Shown here in pieces: positions 1-10,110 of a stretch of DNA of 64,000 bases (position 1 is the stretch's first letter; each line of letters starts with the position of its first letter). The stretch spans positions 2,240,001 to 2,304,000 of the forward strand of contig OY776510.1 in NCBI GenBank assembly GCA_963675665.1. The letters run 5' to 3'. A program made the position numbers and the translations under genes. A model generated the notes under the pieces. The model was not told the DNA's origin. It ran no database searches and worked only from the letters and a program-made list of their open reading frames with translations. This DNA is from Spirochaetia bacterium (GTDB lineage: Bacteria; Spirochaetota; Spirochaetia; UBA9216).

Positions 1-46
1 GGATATCGTCGCCCAGTATTTCGTAATCAAGTTCATGGCTTCTCAT
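1..46 (-). CDS. 5' end of probable TIGR00266/AIM24-family protein (runs off window)
   Basis: Minus strand AGGAG RBS then ATG at 46 giving MRSHELDYEILGDDI, resembling AIM24-family N-termini; only 15 codons visible. Confidence 0.5.
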   Translation of the reverse strand, partial: MRSHELDYEILGDDI

Positions 47-220
47 TTATCAGCTCCTGTTTATTACTTTTTTTGATGATAAGTCAGCACTCAAATTCTG
101 TCAATTATAAACCGGGTTGCAGCCCCGCGCTATGCACTTGTACATTCAAAATGCTGGATAAAGAGGAAAAAAATGAATCAGGTTGATCATTCAGGGTTCC
201 AAATATAAGATGAATAAAGG

Positions 221-321
221 AGCTTCTTGCAAAACTCGGTTAGTTTAGCAGGAAGCTTTGAAGAAAAAAATTACAACTTTAAGTTATTATATACAGAATA
301 AGAAGTTGTAATTTTTTCTTC
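221..321. repeat. Two inverted repeats upstream of xdhC
   Basis: AGCTTCTTGCAAAACT/AGTTTAGCAGGAAGCT (221-257, 2 mismatches) and GAAGAAAAAAATTACAACTT/AAGTTGTAATTTTTTCTTC (260-321, 1-nt indel). Confidence 0.7.
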
Positions 322-359
322 AGTTACATTATGGATATTCCAAAACAGGATTTTACCGG

Positions 360-1388
360 ATGAAAGAAATTATTCAAACAGCAGATGAACTTGCACGCAA
401 GCATGAAGACTTCGCCCTCGCAACCGTAATTTCACGTGACGGTTCCGCACCCAGGGGCCCTGGTGCAAAAATGCTCATCAGGAAGAACGGTGATATCACC
501 GGAACCATCGGAGGCGGGCTGATTGAAGCCGAGGTGATAAAGAACGGAATAAACTGTATTGGAAACAGGGTATCCGTTATAAAAACCTATGTTTTATCCG
601 GAGAAAAAGCTGCGGGACTCGATATGACCTGCGGAGGGGAAGCCCGGGTACTGATTCAGTATATTGATGCCTCGAACCCTGAAACCGGAATGCTTTTCGG
701 TTCGGCTTCAAAAGGCATAAAAGGCAACGGCAAGATTCTTGTTACGGATGTAAGGCTATTGAAAAATGAAACGGTTGATGTGTCGATGCGGCTGCATGAA
801 GAAGGCGGTTCCTGTGTCCCTGAAGCAAACTACAGTTTACTGCGGGAAGCCCTTCAGTCTGCTGCGCAGTACAAATGTATTTTTTCAGATAATAACATTT
901 ATATAATTGAGGCGCTGAGCAATCAGCACTGCGTATACATCTGCGGCGGCGGGCATGTCGGGCTGAAAACGGCTGAAACCGCTTCGCTTGCCGGGTTTGA
1001 CACAGTAATAATTGACGATCGGCAGGAGTTCGCAAACCGTGAACGTTTCCCTTACGCACGCGATGTAAAGGTAGCCGAAAACTTCAATAACGTTTTTGAT
1101 GAATACAGGATTGACGGCAGAAGCTATATTGTCATCCTTACCCGGGGACACAGTTACGATCAGGAAGTGCTGAAGCAGGCGCTGCAAACAAACGCATTCT
1201 ATATCGGGATGATCGGCAGCCGGGGCAAGATCGGAAAAATTTATGATAATCTGAAAGCAGAGGGAGTAGACGAGGCGGCTCTTCTGAATGTTGCCGCTCC
1301 GATTGGTCTGCCGATAGGTGCAGAAACTCCTGCAGAGATTGCAGTCAGTATTGTAGCCCAGCTGATTCAGAAGAAGGCTGGAATATGA
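360..1388 (+). CDS. xdhC: XdhC/CoxI-family molybdoenzyme maturation factor
   Basis: GSAPRGPGAKM, GTIGGG, CGG, GGGHVG, TRGHSYD, YIGMIGSRGK, APIGLPIGAETPAEIAVSIVAQLI motifs. Confidence 0.9.
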   Translation: MKEIIQTADELARKHEDFALATVISRDGSAPRGPGAKMLIRKNGDITGTIGGGLIEAEVIKNGINCIGNRVSVIKTYVLSGEKAAGLDMTCGGEARVLIQYIDASNPETGMLFGSASKGIKGNGKILVTDVRLLKNETVDVSMRLHEEGGSCVPEANYSLLREALQSAAQYKCIFSDNNIYIIEALSNQHCVYICGGGHVGLKTAETASLAGFDTVIIDDRQEFANRERFPYARDVKVAENFNNVFDEYRIDGRSYIVILTRGHSYDQEVLKQALQTNAFYIGMIGSRGKIGKIYDNLKAEGVDEAALLNVAAPIGLPIGAETPAEIAVSIVAQLIQKKAGI

Positions 1389-2554
1389 CGCGGGAAGGCA
1401 ACGCCGCCGTCTGCAGAAAACCGGCCGGACTGATTCTTGTCGCCGGGTATTCAAGCCGGATGTACGCATTAAAGGCCCTGTATCCTGTCGGAGAAGAACT
1501 TGTTATACAGAGAGCAGTCCGCGTTCTTTTTGAAGCGGGAATTGAAGACGTTTTAATAGTTACCGGCTATAAAAAACATCTGATTGAAACTGTCCTGGAA
1601 GGATTTGACGAAAATTATAAAAACCGTATAATCCTGACGGAAAACCCGGATTATAATGACGGTATGTTTTCATCTGTCCTGACGGGAGTAAAAGCCCTTG
1701 CTGATATTTCCGAAGGATTTCTGATGCTTCCGGTTGATTATCCGTTTGTAAAAGCTGAAACAATAAGGGCGCTTGTCCGTGAATTTGAAATATCCGGTGC
1801 AGATATTATATCTCCTTTCTGCGACGGCAGAAAAGGCCACCCGCCGGTTATCCGAAATACTGTATTCAGCAGCATCCTGGAATATCAGAAAAACATCGGC
1901 GCAGAACGCGGGCCGACCGGAGGCCTTGCTTCAATTCTGGAGAATCCCCGTTTCAGCACCAGAACGACAGAAACAGCCGATTGCGGCGTCCTTGACGATA
2001 TGGATGATGACAGGGCTTATATCCGGCTGCTGAAAAAGTATACCGGTGTTGAGCTGAAATATCCTGCGGCCGCAGAACTGGAAATGCTGATAAGGGCTAA
2101 ATCCCCCGGCAGCCGGACAGTTACGCATATGGAAAAGACCGCTGAACTTGCTGTTGAACTGGCTGAAAAACTTAACGCCTGCGGCTGCCGCCTTCAGCCG
2201 GGACTTATTTATTCTGCGGCAATGCTGCATGATGTCTGCAGGGCCGAACCGGATCATGCCGAAGCGGCAGCTGAATATATTCGTAATTCCGGTTATCCTG
2301 CGGTCGGTGAAATAGTCGGCCGGCATATGAATATTACTCATAATGAGGATGATTCGCTTGATGAAGCTGCAGTGCTCTATCTTGCCGACAAGATGATGGA
2401 AGGGGATAAACTGACCGGGCTGTCGATTCGTATGGAGTCAAAATTGAAACAGTTTGCCGGCAACCAGGTCGCCCTGGAAAATATAAAAACCCGTTTTGAG
2501 AAGGCCTTTCTTATCCGGCGCAAGGTTGAGAAAATTCTAAAACCCCGAATATAA
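1385..2554 (+). CDS. MocA-like nucleotidyltransferase fused to C-terminal HD domain (DVU_1551-like)
   Basis: LVAGYSSRM, GMFSSV, PVDYP, GHPP, DMD followed by HD-domain motifs H..., LHDV, YLADK; ATGA overlap with xdhC. Confidence 0.8.
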   Translation: MTREGNAAVCRKPAGLILVAGYSSRMYALKALYPVGEELVIQRAVRVLFEAGIEDVLIVTGYKKHLIETVLEGFDENYKNRIILTENPDYNDGMFSSVLTGVKALADISEGFLMLPVDYPFVKAETIRALVREFEISGADIISPFCDGRKGHPPVIRNTVFSSILEYQKNIGAERGPTGGLASILENPRFSTRTTETADCGVLDDMDDDRAYIRLLKKYTGVELKYPAAAELEMLIRAKSPGSRTVTHMEKTAELAVELAEKLNACGCRLQPGLIYSAAMLHDVCRAEPDHAEAAAEYIRNSGYPAVGEIVGRHMNITHNEDDSLDEAAVLYLADKMMEGDKLTGLSIRMESKLKQFAGNQVALENIKTRFEKAFLIRRKVEKILKPRI

Positions 2555-2586
2555 CTGCTGTCATTTTTGCCGAAAAATGATAGGTT

Positions 2587-3657
2587 ATGTCGATGGAAAA
2601 ACCCGAATATATGAAAGATATAAAAACAGAACCTCTTGAAGACGGCGTGTCTCTTCAGCTGTATAATTCTTCCGGTTATACAATATTTCAAAGCTCGGGT
2701 AAATGGTTATATCCTCTCTTTGAGGTGGAAGATCATCTTCATGCAATGGCGCTTGACGCCGGTGAATTATTTCTTCACGATCGGATTGCCGGAAGAGCCG
2801 CGGCAAGCCTTATCGTGCTGATGGGCTTTAAAAAGTGCTTTATTGATACATTGAGTTCGCATGCGCAGGATGTGTTTAAATGTCACGGCGTCGATTACGG
2901 ATACAATATGCTTGTAGAAAAAATAGCCTGCCGTACCGAGAACCTTATTACCAATGAAATGACTCTTGATGATGTTTACAGGATGTTAAGGCAGCGTGCA
3001 GGGCGTCTTCAGGGTATAGACCTTCAGATAAATGATTTGTATGCGGACCATAACGGTAAAACCGTTCTAAACGGATTAAACCTGACCATGCGCGGCGGTG
3101 AACAGCTTGTAATCGGCGGAAACGACTTCGAGGGAAAATCCGTGCTGGCGAAAGTCCTGACCGGGCGTGCGTCTCTTGAAAAAGGCGAAATTATTCTCGG
3201 TGGTGAGTCCGCTAAGCAAACAGAAAATATTCTGCAGGCAATCGGGTATATGAATCAGGATATTCAAACAGACGATATGACCTTAACCGCCTCGGAGTTT
3301 GTGGCGACAGGAATGCAACGGCAGAATCTGAAGGCGGCTGAACTAAGCTACGAGACTGAAATTGTAATGAGGCGGACAGGATGTTTTTACCTGGCTGACC
3401 GGAATGTGGGTTCTCTCACAAAACTGGAAAAGATTCTTGTCGGTCTTGCCCGGTGCCTGGCACGGAAGGTCGGGGTAATTTTGATGGATGAGCCTTCTTC
3501 GTTTCTGGATAATGAAGCCAAAGACGAATTTCTCAATGTACTGAAAAATGTTGTTCGCAGGCATATGCCCACTATCGTTCTTTTATCCAGTGATCGTGGC
3601 TGGATAAACAAGCTGGGCTGGACTGTGAAAACGCTTGCCGGCGGCAGGTTGGATTAG
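2587..3657 (+). CDS. DUF1893 (TM1506-like) domain fused to degenerate ABC ATPase domain
   Basis: N-terminal HDRIAGRAAASL...C.TE; C-terminal GNDFEGKS (Walker A-like), GYMNQ (Q-loop), ILMDEP (Walker B). Confidence 0.65.
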   Translation: MSMEKPEYMKDIKTEPLEDGVSLQLYNSSGYTIFQSSGKWLYPLFEVEDHLHAMALDAGELFLHDRIAGRAAASLIVLMGFKKCFIDTLSSHAQDVFKCHGVDYGYNMLVEKIACRTENLITNEMTLDDVYRMLRQRAGRLQGIDLQINDLYADHNGKTVLNGLNLTMRGGEQLVIGGNDFEGKSVLAKVLTGRASLEKGEIILGGESAKQTENILQAIGYMNQDIQTDDMTLTASEFVATGMQRQNLKAAELSYETEIVMRRTGCFYLADRNVGSLTKLEKILVGLARCLARKVGVILMDEPSSFLDNEAKDEFLNVLKNVVRRHMPTIVLLSSDRGWINKLGWTVKTLAGGRLD

Positions 3658-3684
3658 ATTTATAGATATCAGGATGCTACTGTA

Positions 3685-4137
3685 ATGTTGTTTGTATTTG
3701 ACCTTGATTTTACTTTATGGGACTGCGGCGGAACCTGGTGCGACTGCACTACTCCGCCTTACAGGAAGAAAAAGGAGCATATTTTTGACAGCGTCGGCCG
3801 GCATATAAGGCTGTATGATGATGTACGGGCTGTTCTGGATACGCTGATAAAGAAGGGACACCGCATAGCGGCGGCCTCAAGAACGCATGAGCCGGAATGG
3901 GCGAACGAATTACTGGAACTTCTCGGGATAAACGGATTATTCGATTACAAGGAAATTTACCCTGGGCCCAAGATCCCTCATTTCAAAACGTTGAAAAATA
4001 AAAGCAGCCTGGAATTCCAGGATATGGTTTTTTTCGATGATGAATACAGAAATATTGAGGATGTTTCCGGACTCGGCGTCAAGGCAATTCATGTGCCGGA
4101 CGGAATACGATTTTCCGATGTATACGGGTTGATTTAA
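3685..4137 (+). CDS. Magnesium-dependent phosphatase-1 (HAD IIIC)
   Basis: FDLDFTLW, ASRT, EIYPGPK..HF, FFDDE..NI motifs. Confidence 0.9.
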   Translation: MLFVFDLDFTLWDCGGTWCDCTTPPYRKKKEHIFDSVGRHIRLYDDVRAVLDTLIKKGHRIAAASRTHEPEWANELLELLGINGLFDYKEIYPGPKIPHFKTLKNKSSLEFQDMVFFDDEYRNIEDVSGLGVKAIHVPDGIRFSDVYGLI

Positions 4138-4201
4138 ATCTGATTTGTAAACTGTGTAAAATGATCGCCCGGACGCTTGACTATTCAGGCGTTTAGTATG
4201 A

Positions 4202-4271
4202 TTTTTAACAGGAAAAGTACTTCCGTGTACTTTTCCTGTTAAAAAGTTTGAAAATAAAATTTTCAAACTTT
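4202..4271. repeat. Two abutting perfect inverted repeats
   Basis: TTTTTAACAGGAAAAGTAC-6nt-GTACTTTTCCTGTTAAAAA (4202-4245) and AAAGTTTGAAAAT-AAA-ATTTTCAAACTTT (4243-4271). Confidence 0.9.
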
Positions 4272-4318
4272 ACTCAAAACGTGCGCCATCAATGGCGTTG
4301 AATACTAGGAGTTGCAAA

Positions 4319-5020
4319 GTGAACCAGTACGAGAATACTTTTAATCCGGCTGCTCTTCGGGAACGCAGCATTATAAAGAACGTTTACATGTGGATGACAG
4401 CGGGACTTGCACTGACCGGCGTTGTAGCCTGGTGGTTTTCAGGAAATATGCAGCTTATGAGCGCTTTTTACAGTAATCCGATGCTGTTTTTCGGTGCCAT
4501 AATCGGTGAGCTTGTTCTTGTAATGTATCTATCCAGAAATATCATGCGCATGAGTGCCGGTGCGGCTACAGCCGCCTTTGCGGGCTACGCCTTTTTAAAC
4601 GGAATTACGCTGTCGACGATTTTTCTTGCCTATACAGGCGCAACAATTGCATTGGCGTTTCTGACGACGGCAGCTTCTTTCGGGGCAATGAGCCTGTATG
4701 CTGTAACGACAAAACGCAGTTTGCAGGGTATGGGTCATTATCTGATGATGGGACTCATAGGTATAATTATCGCCTCGGTAATAAACATCTTTCTTAAAAG
4801 TCCGGCATTATATTACCTGATTTCATATGTCGGAATTGCGGTATTTCTTGGGCTTACTGCATATGATACCCAACAGATTCTTGCAATGAGCAGACAGTAC
4901 AGCGGCTCAGTAGACGAGACAAATTATATCAGAATCTCAATTCTAGGCGCCCTGAAGTTATATCTTGATTTTATAAATATTTTTCTTTTTGTTTTAAGAA
5001 TATTCGGCAGACGAAGGTAA
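4319..5020 (+). CDS. Bax inhibitor-1/YccA family membrane protein
   Basis: 7-TM pattern, VYMWM, TAYDTQ, ALKLYLDFINIFL; GTG start at 4319 preferred (AGGAG at 4307). Confidence 0.9.
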   Translation: MNQYENTFNPAALRERSIIKNVYMWMTAGLALTGVVAWWFSGNMQLMSAFYSNPMLFFGAIIGELVLVMYLSRNIMRMSAGAATAAFAGYAFLNGITLSTIFLAYTGATIALAFLTTAASFGAMSLYAVTTKRSLQGMGHYLMMGLIGIIIASVINIFLKSPALYYLISYVGIAVFLGLTAYDTQQILAMSRQYSGSVDETNYIRISILGALKLYLDFINIFLFVLRIFGRRR

Positions 5021-5098
5021 AGAAACAGGATTGTTATTTTAAGAAATATTATTGTTATATTTGATTTTCCCTGCATGTTTTAATTATAATTATCGCAG

Positions 5099-6424
5099 AT
5101 GCATGATCAAAAACTTTTTAATAGATTTTTAACTCTCTGTGATAACGGTTTTGCAGCTGTTGATTCCGACGGCTGTATTCTGGAGGTCAATAAAGCCCTT
5201 TGCGAGCTGACCGGCCGTACAGAGTCATCGCTTACAGGGGCCGGTCTGGAGATCCTGTTCGACAGTTTCAGTGTAGAAACAATACTCCGAATTTATAATG
5301 CATTTGATTGTCACGAAATATCACATACAATATCGGGAGATCTTCTTCAGAAAAAAGGCAGCCCCAGGCTGGTAGAAATCTTTGTTAACTGTACAGCCGA
5401 CGAGCGTTGGCTGCTGATAAAAAACAGATCATTCAGAAAAGAAATGGAAAACAAGCTGCGCCGAAGCGAGTTAATGCTTAGCACCACTCTTGAGAGTCTT
5501 CCGTTTGATTTCTGGATAAATGATGATCAGAACCGCACCTGGATGCAGAATTCTTACAGCAAGGCTTTGTGGGGCGATGTAAAAGGCAAATCTCCCGAAG
5601 AAGTAGGCGCCGAAGAAAAGATAACGGGACAATGGCAGGATACTACCGAAAGGGCATTAAGGGGTGAGGTTGTCGAGGGTGAGATTGAATATATAATCGA
5701 CGGGCATAAAAAGACTTTCAGGAATATTCTGGCGCCGATAAAGGATGATGAAAAAATCCTGGGAATTCTCGGAATGAATATTGATATTACCGACCTTAAA
5801 GAAGCCCTGAATATTCGTGATATGCTGGTTAAAGAAGTACATCACAGAGTCAAGAATAACCTGCACATGATAAACAGTATAATCCAGCTTGAATCAGCCA
5901 GAATACCGGACGGCGAAAGCAGTGCAGTACTTGATGATCTGGTCAGCAGAATTGAGGCTGTTTCGCTTGTTCATGAGAAACTCTACACAACGGGTAATAA
6001 TAATCTGGTACATACTGCAGATTATATAAGAGACCTGGTAGATCATATAATTTCAGGGGTAAGAGCCGGTAATGTAATGGTTGACTATAATCTTGATGAT
6101 ATTGATCTTGAAACAGACCGGATTATTATTCTCGGACTTATTATTAATGAGCTTGTAACCAATGCCGTAAAATATGCGTTTACGGGTGAAGGGAGGCACG
6201 TTCTCAAGCTTTCCATGAAGAAAAAAAATAATGAAATTATAATAGTGGTTACCGATGACGGTCCGGGTTTAAAAACCGGAACCGAAAAAGAGCCGAGGGG
6301 ATCCCTCGGGTTTAAACTGATGGATGTATTGTCAGAACAGCTCGGCGGAAAGCTGGAAAGGCAAAGCAGTCCGGCTGGATGCAGCAACAGTTTGGTTTTC
6401 CCTGTAAAAAAGGCGGAAGCCTGA
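5099..6424 (+). CDS. PAS-domain sensor histidine kinase (HisKA_2 type)
   Basis: PAS/PAC-like segments, EVHHRVKNNL H-box, NELVTNAVKYAF, DDGPG, GSLG. Confidence 0.9.
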   Translation: MHDQKLFNRFLTLCDNGFAAVDSDGCILEVNKALCELTGRTESSLTGAGLEILFDSFSVETILRIYNAFDCHEISHTISGDLLQKKGSPRLVEIFVNCTADERWLLIKNRSFRKEMENKLRRSELMLSTTLESLPFDFWINDDQNRTWMQNSYSKALWGDVKGKSPEEVGAEEKITGQWQDTTERALRGEVVEGEIEYIIDGHKKTFRNILAPIKDDEKILGILGMNIDITDLKEALNIRDMLVKEVHHRVKNNLHMINSIIQLESARIPDGESSAVLDDLVSRIEAVSLVHEKLYTTGNNNLVHTADYIRDLVDHIISGVRAGNVMVDYNLDDIDLETDRIIILGLIINELVTNAVKYAFTGEGRHVLKLSMKKKNNEIIIVVTDDGPGLKTGTEKEPRGSLGFKLMDVLSEQLGGKLERQSSPAGCSNSLVFPVKKAEA

Positions 6425-6450
6425 AACCTGAAACGGCTTAAGCCTCCGCC
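6412..6450. terminator. Hairpin between convergent genes
   Basis: GGCGGAAGC...GCCTCCGCC stem at the convergent 3' ends. Confidence 0.45.
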
Positions 6451-6472
6451 CACAAAGCTGTTTTGCTGATGT

Positions 6473-8188
6473 TTATGAATTGATGATGTCCTGATAGTTT
6501 TTCAGCAGTGTCGATTCTCCGCTTATAATAAAATTCATATTCATTTCTATTCTTGTAAGCATTTTTGCAATGAATGTTTCAGCGATTTTCAACTTTCGCT
6601 CTGAATGTTTTGCGTCTCTCATAAAGAACAGTCCGATTACTATATCAGTTGCCATTTCGACAAGACGTCTGGAATGGTAAGTTATGATATCCTGGTCTGT
6701 AATCTCCTTGATCTTAATGAGGGTTTTTTCAAAATTGAGCTGGGCCTTTTCTACCTTTGAAAAAAGATCTTTGCAGTGACTGAAATCATTATTTTCTATG
6801 AAATCCTCAATAAAGCGTGATGCTGTTCCCGAGGTAATGCCTCCTATTGCGGCCACAACCTGAAGCTGGGAGGTTCCTTCATATATATTGGTTATTCTTG
6901 CATCGCGGTAGTGGCGTTCGGCATTGAATTCTTTCATATAACCTGTGCCGCCGTGAATCTGGATTCCGTCGTATGTAACCTTATTGGCAGCTTCCGTGTT
7001 GTGAAGTTTGGTCATCGGTGTAAACAGGTTTGCAAGCCTTGTATAAGTCTTCAGATCCGATTTAAGTTCGGATGCCCTTTCCGGATGGGTTTCGGAAATA
7101 TGTTCCAGGCATTCTTTCAGATCGACAAACCTTGATGTTTCGTAAAGCAGCGTTCTGCTTGCTTCAACGGCAATTTTCATCTCGGTAAGCATTTCATAAA
7201 CAGGCGGAAACTCGATAATAGGCTTGCCGAACTGGATTCTTTCCCGGGCATATTTATATGCCTCACGGTATGCTGCTTCCGCAATGCCGGTCGCCTGACC
7301 CGAAACCATAAGGCGCGCGCTGTTCATCAGCCACATTGTGTACTTTGTAAGGCCACGCCGTCTCTGACCGACAAGTTCAGCCGGAGCATTGTTAAACTGC
7401 AGCTCGCAGGTTGGCGAACCGTGGATGCCGAGTTTGTTTTCAACGCGCCTGATGGTCATGTGCTCGTCCCTTTCATAAAGGAAAAAGGAAAGCCCGCCGG
7501 CGCCCTTTGACCCTTCTTCGGAACGGGCAAGAACCAGCCCGATTTTTCCGTTTCCGTTGGTAATAAAGCGTTTTACACCGTTAAGATACCATCTTCCGTC
7601 ATCGGCCTGATGTGCGCGAAGCGTAACCGCCTGTAAATCGGAACCTGCATCCGGCTCGGTCAAAATCATCGAAGAAGTTTCTTTACCGCTTGCAAGTATG
7701 GGAATTATTCTTTCCTTCTGTTTTTCGGAACCGAATTTATTGATTGTTTCGCTTATATCCTGCTGCAGTCCGAAGTTCAGAAATGAACCGTCCGCCCGGC
7801 TCATTATTTCGCCGGCAATGGACATAACCGTTACGGGACAGTTCAGGCCTCCGTATTTCCGGGGGTTTGCAAGTCCCATCAAGTCAGCCTTTGCAAGCAT
7901 ATCAAGGGCCATCTGCGTGCCTTCAGCGTAAACGACTTCTCCGTTTACAAGTTTTACACCTTCTTCGTCTACTTCTGCTGCAACGGGAGCCATATATTCT
8001 CCGGCAATCTCTCCGATAAGCGAAAGAATTTTTTCATATGAATCCATACAGTCCGCTACGTCTTTCGGAGCGTGAGGGAAAATGTCTTTTTCCGCGAAAT
8101 TGTCCTCTTTCAGCTTGATGATCTGTTCAAGATCAATATGTTTGAGGTGAAACAGTATATCTTCATTATCTTTCAAAAAGTTTTCCAT
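6473..8188 (-). CDS. Acyl-CoA dehydrogenase with C-terminal extension
   Basis: LTEPDAGSDL, NGVKRFITNG, KLGIHGSPT, RIQFGKPI, QIHGGTGY, IYEGTSQLQ. Confidence 0.95.
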   Translation of the reverse strand: MENFLKDNEDILFHLKHIDLEQIIKLKEDNFAEKDIFPHAPKDVADCMDSYEKILSLIGEIAGEYMAPVAAEVDEEGVKLVNGEVVYAEGTQMALDMLAKADLMGLANPRKYGGLNCPVTVMSIAGEIMSRADGSFLNFGLQQDISETINKFGSEKQKERIIPILASGKETSSMILTEPDAGSDLQAVTLRAHQADDGRWYLNGVKRFITNGNGKIGLVLARSEEGSKGAGGLSFFLYERDEHMTIRRVENKLGIHGSPTCELQFNNAPAELVGQRRRGLTKYTMWLMNSARLMVSGQATGIAEAAYREAYKYARERIQFGKPIIEFPPVYEMLTEMKIAVEASRTLLYETSRFVDLKECLEHISETHPERASELKSDLKTYTRLANLFTPMTKLHNTEAANKVTYDGIQIHGGTGYMKEFNAERHYRDARITNIYEGTSQLQVVAAIGGITSGTASRFIEDFIENNDFSHCKDLFSKVEKAQLNFEKTLIKIKEITDQDIITYHSRRLVEMATDIVIGLFFMRDAKHSERKLKIAETFIAKMLTRIEMNMNFIISGESTLLKNYQDIINS

Positions 8189-8210
8189 AAGTTATCCCCT
8201 TGTACCTAAG

Positions 8211-9224
8211 CTATGCTTTAGCCTTGTATGCCTTGATGAACTGCGGAATAACCTCTTTAAGATCGCCTACGATTCCGTAGTGGGCAATCTGGAAGATGGG
8301 CGCTTCCGGATCAGTATTGATGGCAATTATCTTTGATGATTCCGACATACCTGCTCTGTGCTGAATAGAACCTGAAATACCGCATGCGATATAAAGTCTC
8401 GGTCTGACGGTTGTTCCGGTCTGGCCTACCTGGTGTTCTTTGCTTACCAGCCCTGCATCGACTGCCGCGCGTGAAGCGCCGACCTCACCGCCGAGAACGT
8501 GCGCAAGATTCTCAATAAGCTTGAAGTTCTCCCTTGTTTCAACGCCTATCCCGCCTGATACGATAATCTGGGCGCCTTTAAGATTTACCGATTTTTCTTC
8601 ACGAACGCGCTTGATTATCTCGGTCAGGAAATCTCCGGCATCAAGTTTAATTTCCAGCTTTGTGATTTTACCCTTGAAACCGGTATCCGGCTCAGTCATC
8701 TTCATAACGCCTTCGCGGACTGTTGCCATCTGCGGAGTTTTCTCGGGTGAAACGATTGTAGCGATTATATTTCCGCCGAAAGCCGGACGAATCTGGTAAA
8801 GAATATTCGTGTACTCTTTGTCACGGATTTTATGATCGCCAATCTGGAGATCGGTACAGTCTGCTGTAAGCCCGACCTTCAGGTTGGATGCTATACGGGG
8901 GCCGAGATCCCGGCCGGTGGTGGTTGCTCCGTACAATACTATCTGAGGTTTTTCGGTTTCGATAACCTGTTTTACCACTTTTGTGTAAGGAACGGGGGTA
9001 TAATGTGCAAGCCGCTTGTCTTCTACAAGAAAAAGCTCGTCGACTCCGTATGTTATTACTCTTTTTGCTTCCGCTTCCAGCTTGTCGCCGGCAAGTACGG
9101 CTGAAACCTTTACGCCGAGCTGATCGGCCAGGTCGCGGGCCTTGCATACAAGTTCAAGGCTTACATCGGCTACAATGCCGTCGTCCTGCTGGATAAAGAC
9201 CATTACTGTATTTTTATTGCTCAA
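8211..9224 (-). CDS. etfA: Electron transfer flavoprotein alpha subunit
   Basis: GLTADCT, RPAFGGN, GASRAAVD, QVGQTG, GISGSIQH; TTG start after AAGGAG. Confidence 0.95.
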   Translation of the reverse strand: MSNKNTVMVFIQQDDGIVADVSLELVCKARDLADQLGVKVSAVLAGDKLEAEAKRVITYGVDELFLVEDKRLAHYTPVPYTKVVKQVIETEKPQIVLYGATTTGRDLGPRIASNLKVGLTADCTDLQIGDHKIRDKEYTNILYQIRPAFGGNIIATIVSPEKTPQMATVREGVMKMTEPDTGFKGKITKLEIKLDAGDFLTEIIKRVREEKSVNLKGAQIIVSGGIGVETRENFKLIENLAHVLGGEVGASRAAVDAGLVSKEHQVGQTGTTVRPRLYIACGISGSIQHRAGMSESSKIIAINTDPEAPIFQIAHYGIVGDLKEVIPQFIKAYKAKA

Positions 9225-9234
9225 TTGTCTCTCC

Positions 9235-10110
9235 TTATCCTATTGTGTGATCGGCGATTAAATCATGGACCATACCGGCAATACCGCCGGTTGTGTTATC
9301 AACCATCACTATCTCGCCTGCAGTAAGAACAACCGACTCGATTTTTTTAACCTTTGTCGGCGAGCCTGACAGGCCGCAGCTTTCAACATCCGCGTTGATT
9401 GCTTCAATATCCCATTGTGCAAGGTTTGTATTTGCGCCTGCATCGCCGTCCATATAGCTTTCATCAAATGCTTCTGTAGAAACTTCGGTTGAAGCGTTCT
9501 TATATGCCAGCATTCGTATCGCGGAAGGAGGCCTTGGTACGAACCCTTCGTCAGTGAAGGTCATCAGAACCGGAAACCCTGCTTTTACAATCTCATAACC
9601 GCCTTCGATTGAACGGGTTGCTTCAATTGATTTTTTATTTTCATCAATCTTATTAATCCCGGAAACGCAGGTGATCTGGTTGATTCCGAGTTTTTCTGCA
9701 GTCTGGGGACCGACCTGGGCCGTGTCACCGTCTATCGCCTGCCGTCCGCAGAAAACCATATCGACATTGCCGATTTTTTCAATAGCACATTTTAATGCGT
9801 ATGATGTTGCAAGGGTATCGGCCGCTGCAAACCTTCTGTCCGAAATAAGGGCAACAAAGTCCGCTCCCCTGTATAGAGATTCCTTTAATACCTGAACTGC
9901 CGGCGGCGGTCCCATTGTCAATACATTTACCCTTGCATCCGGGTACATGTCCTTAACTGTAAGGGCTGCTTCAAGCGCATGCAGATCCTCAGGGTTGAAA
10001 ATAGCTGGAAGAGCCTGTCTGTTTACAGTTCCATCCTCTTTCATTGCTTCGCCGGTAATATTTGCTGTATCCGGCACCTGTTTCACAAGAACGACGAGAT
10101 TTAAACCCAT
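9235..10110 (-). CDS. etfB: Electron transfer flavoprotein beta subunit
   Basis: VKQVPD, NPED, MGPP, ADTLAT, GRQAIDGDTAQVGP, GLSGSPT; AGGAGG RBS. Confidence 0.95.
   Translation of the reverse strand: MGLNLVVLVKQVPDTANITGEAMKEDGTVNRQALPAIFNPEDLHALEAALTVKDMYPDARVNVLTMGPPPAVQVLKESLYRGADFVALISDRRFAAADTLATSYALKCAIEKIGNVDMVFCGRQAIDGDTAQVGPQTAEKLGINQITCVSGINKIDENKKSIEATRSIEGGYEIVKAGFPVLMTFTDEGFVPRPPSAIRMLAYKNASTEVSTEAFDESYMDGDAGANTNLAQWDIEAINADVESCGLSGSPTKVKKIESVVLTAGEIVMVDNTTGGIAGMVHDLIADHTIG

Noticed and set aside
100-359. Moco riboswitch or ModE box upstream of xdhC
   Set aside because: No recognisable Moco RNA core, and only a single TATATA without the ModE dyad
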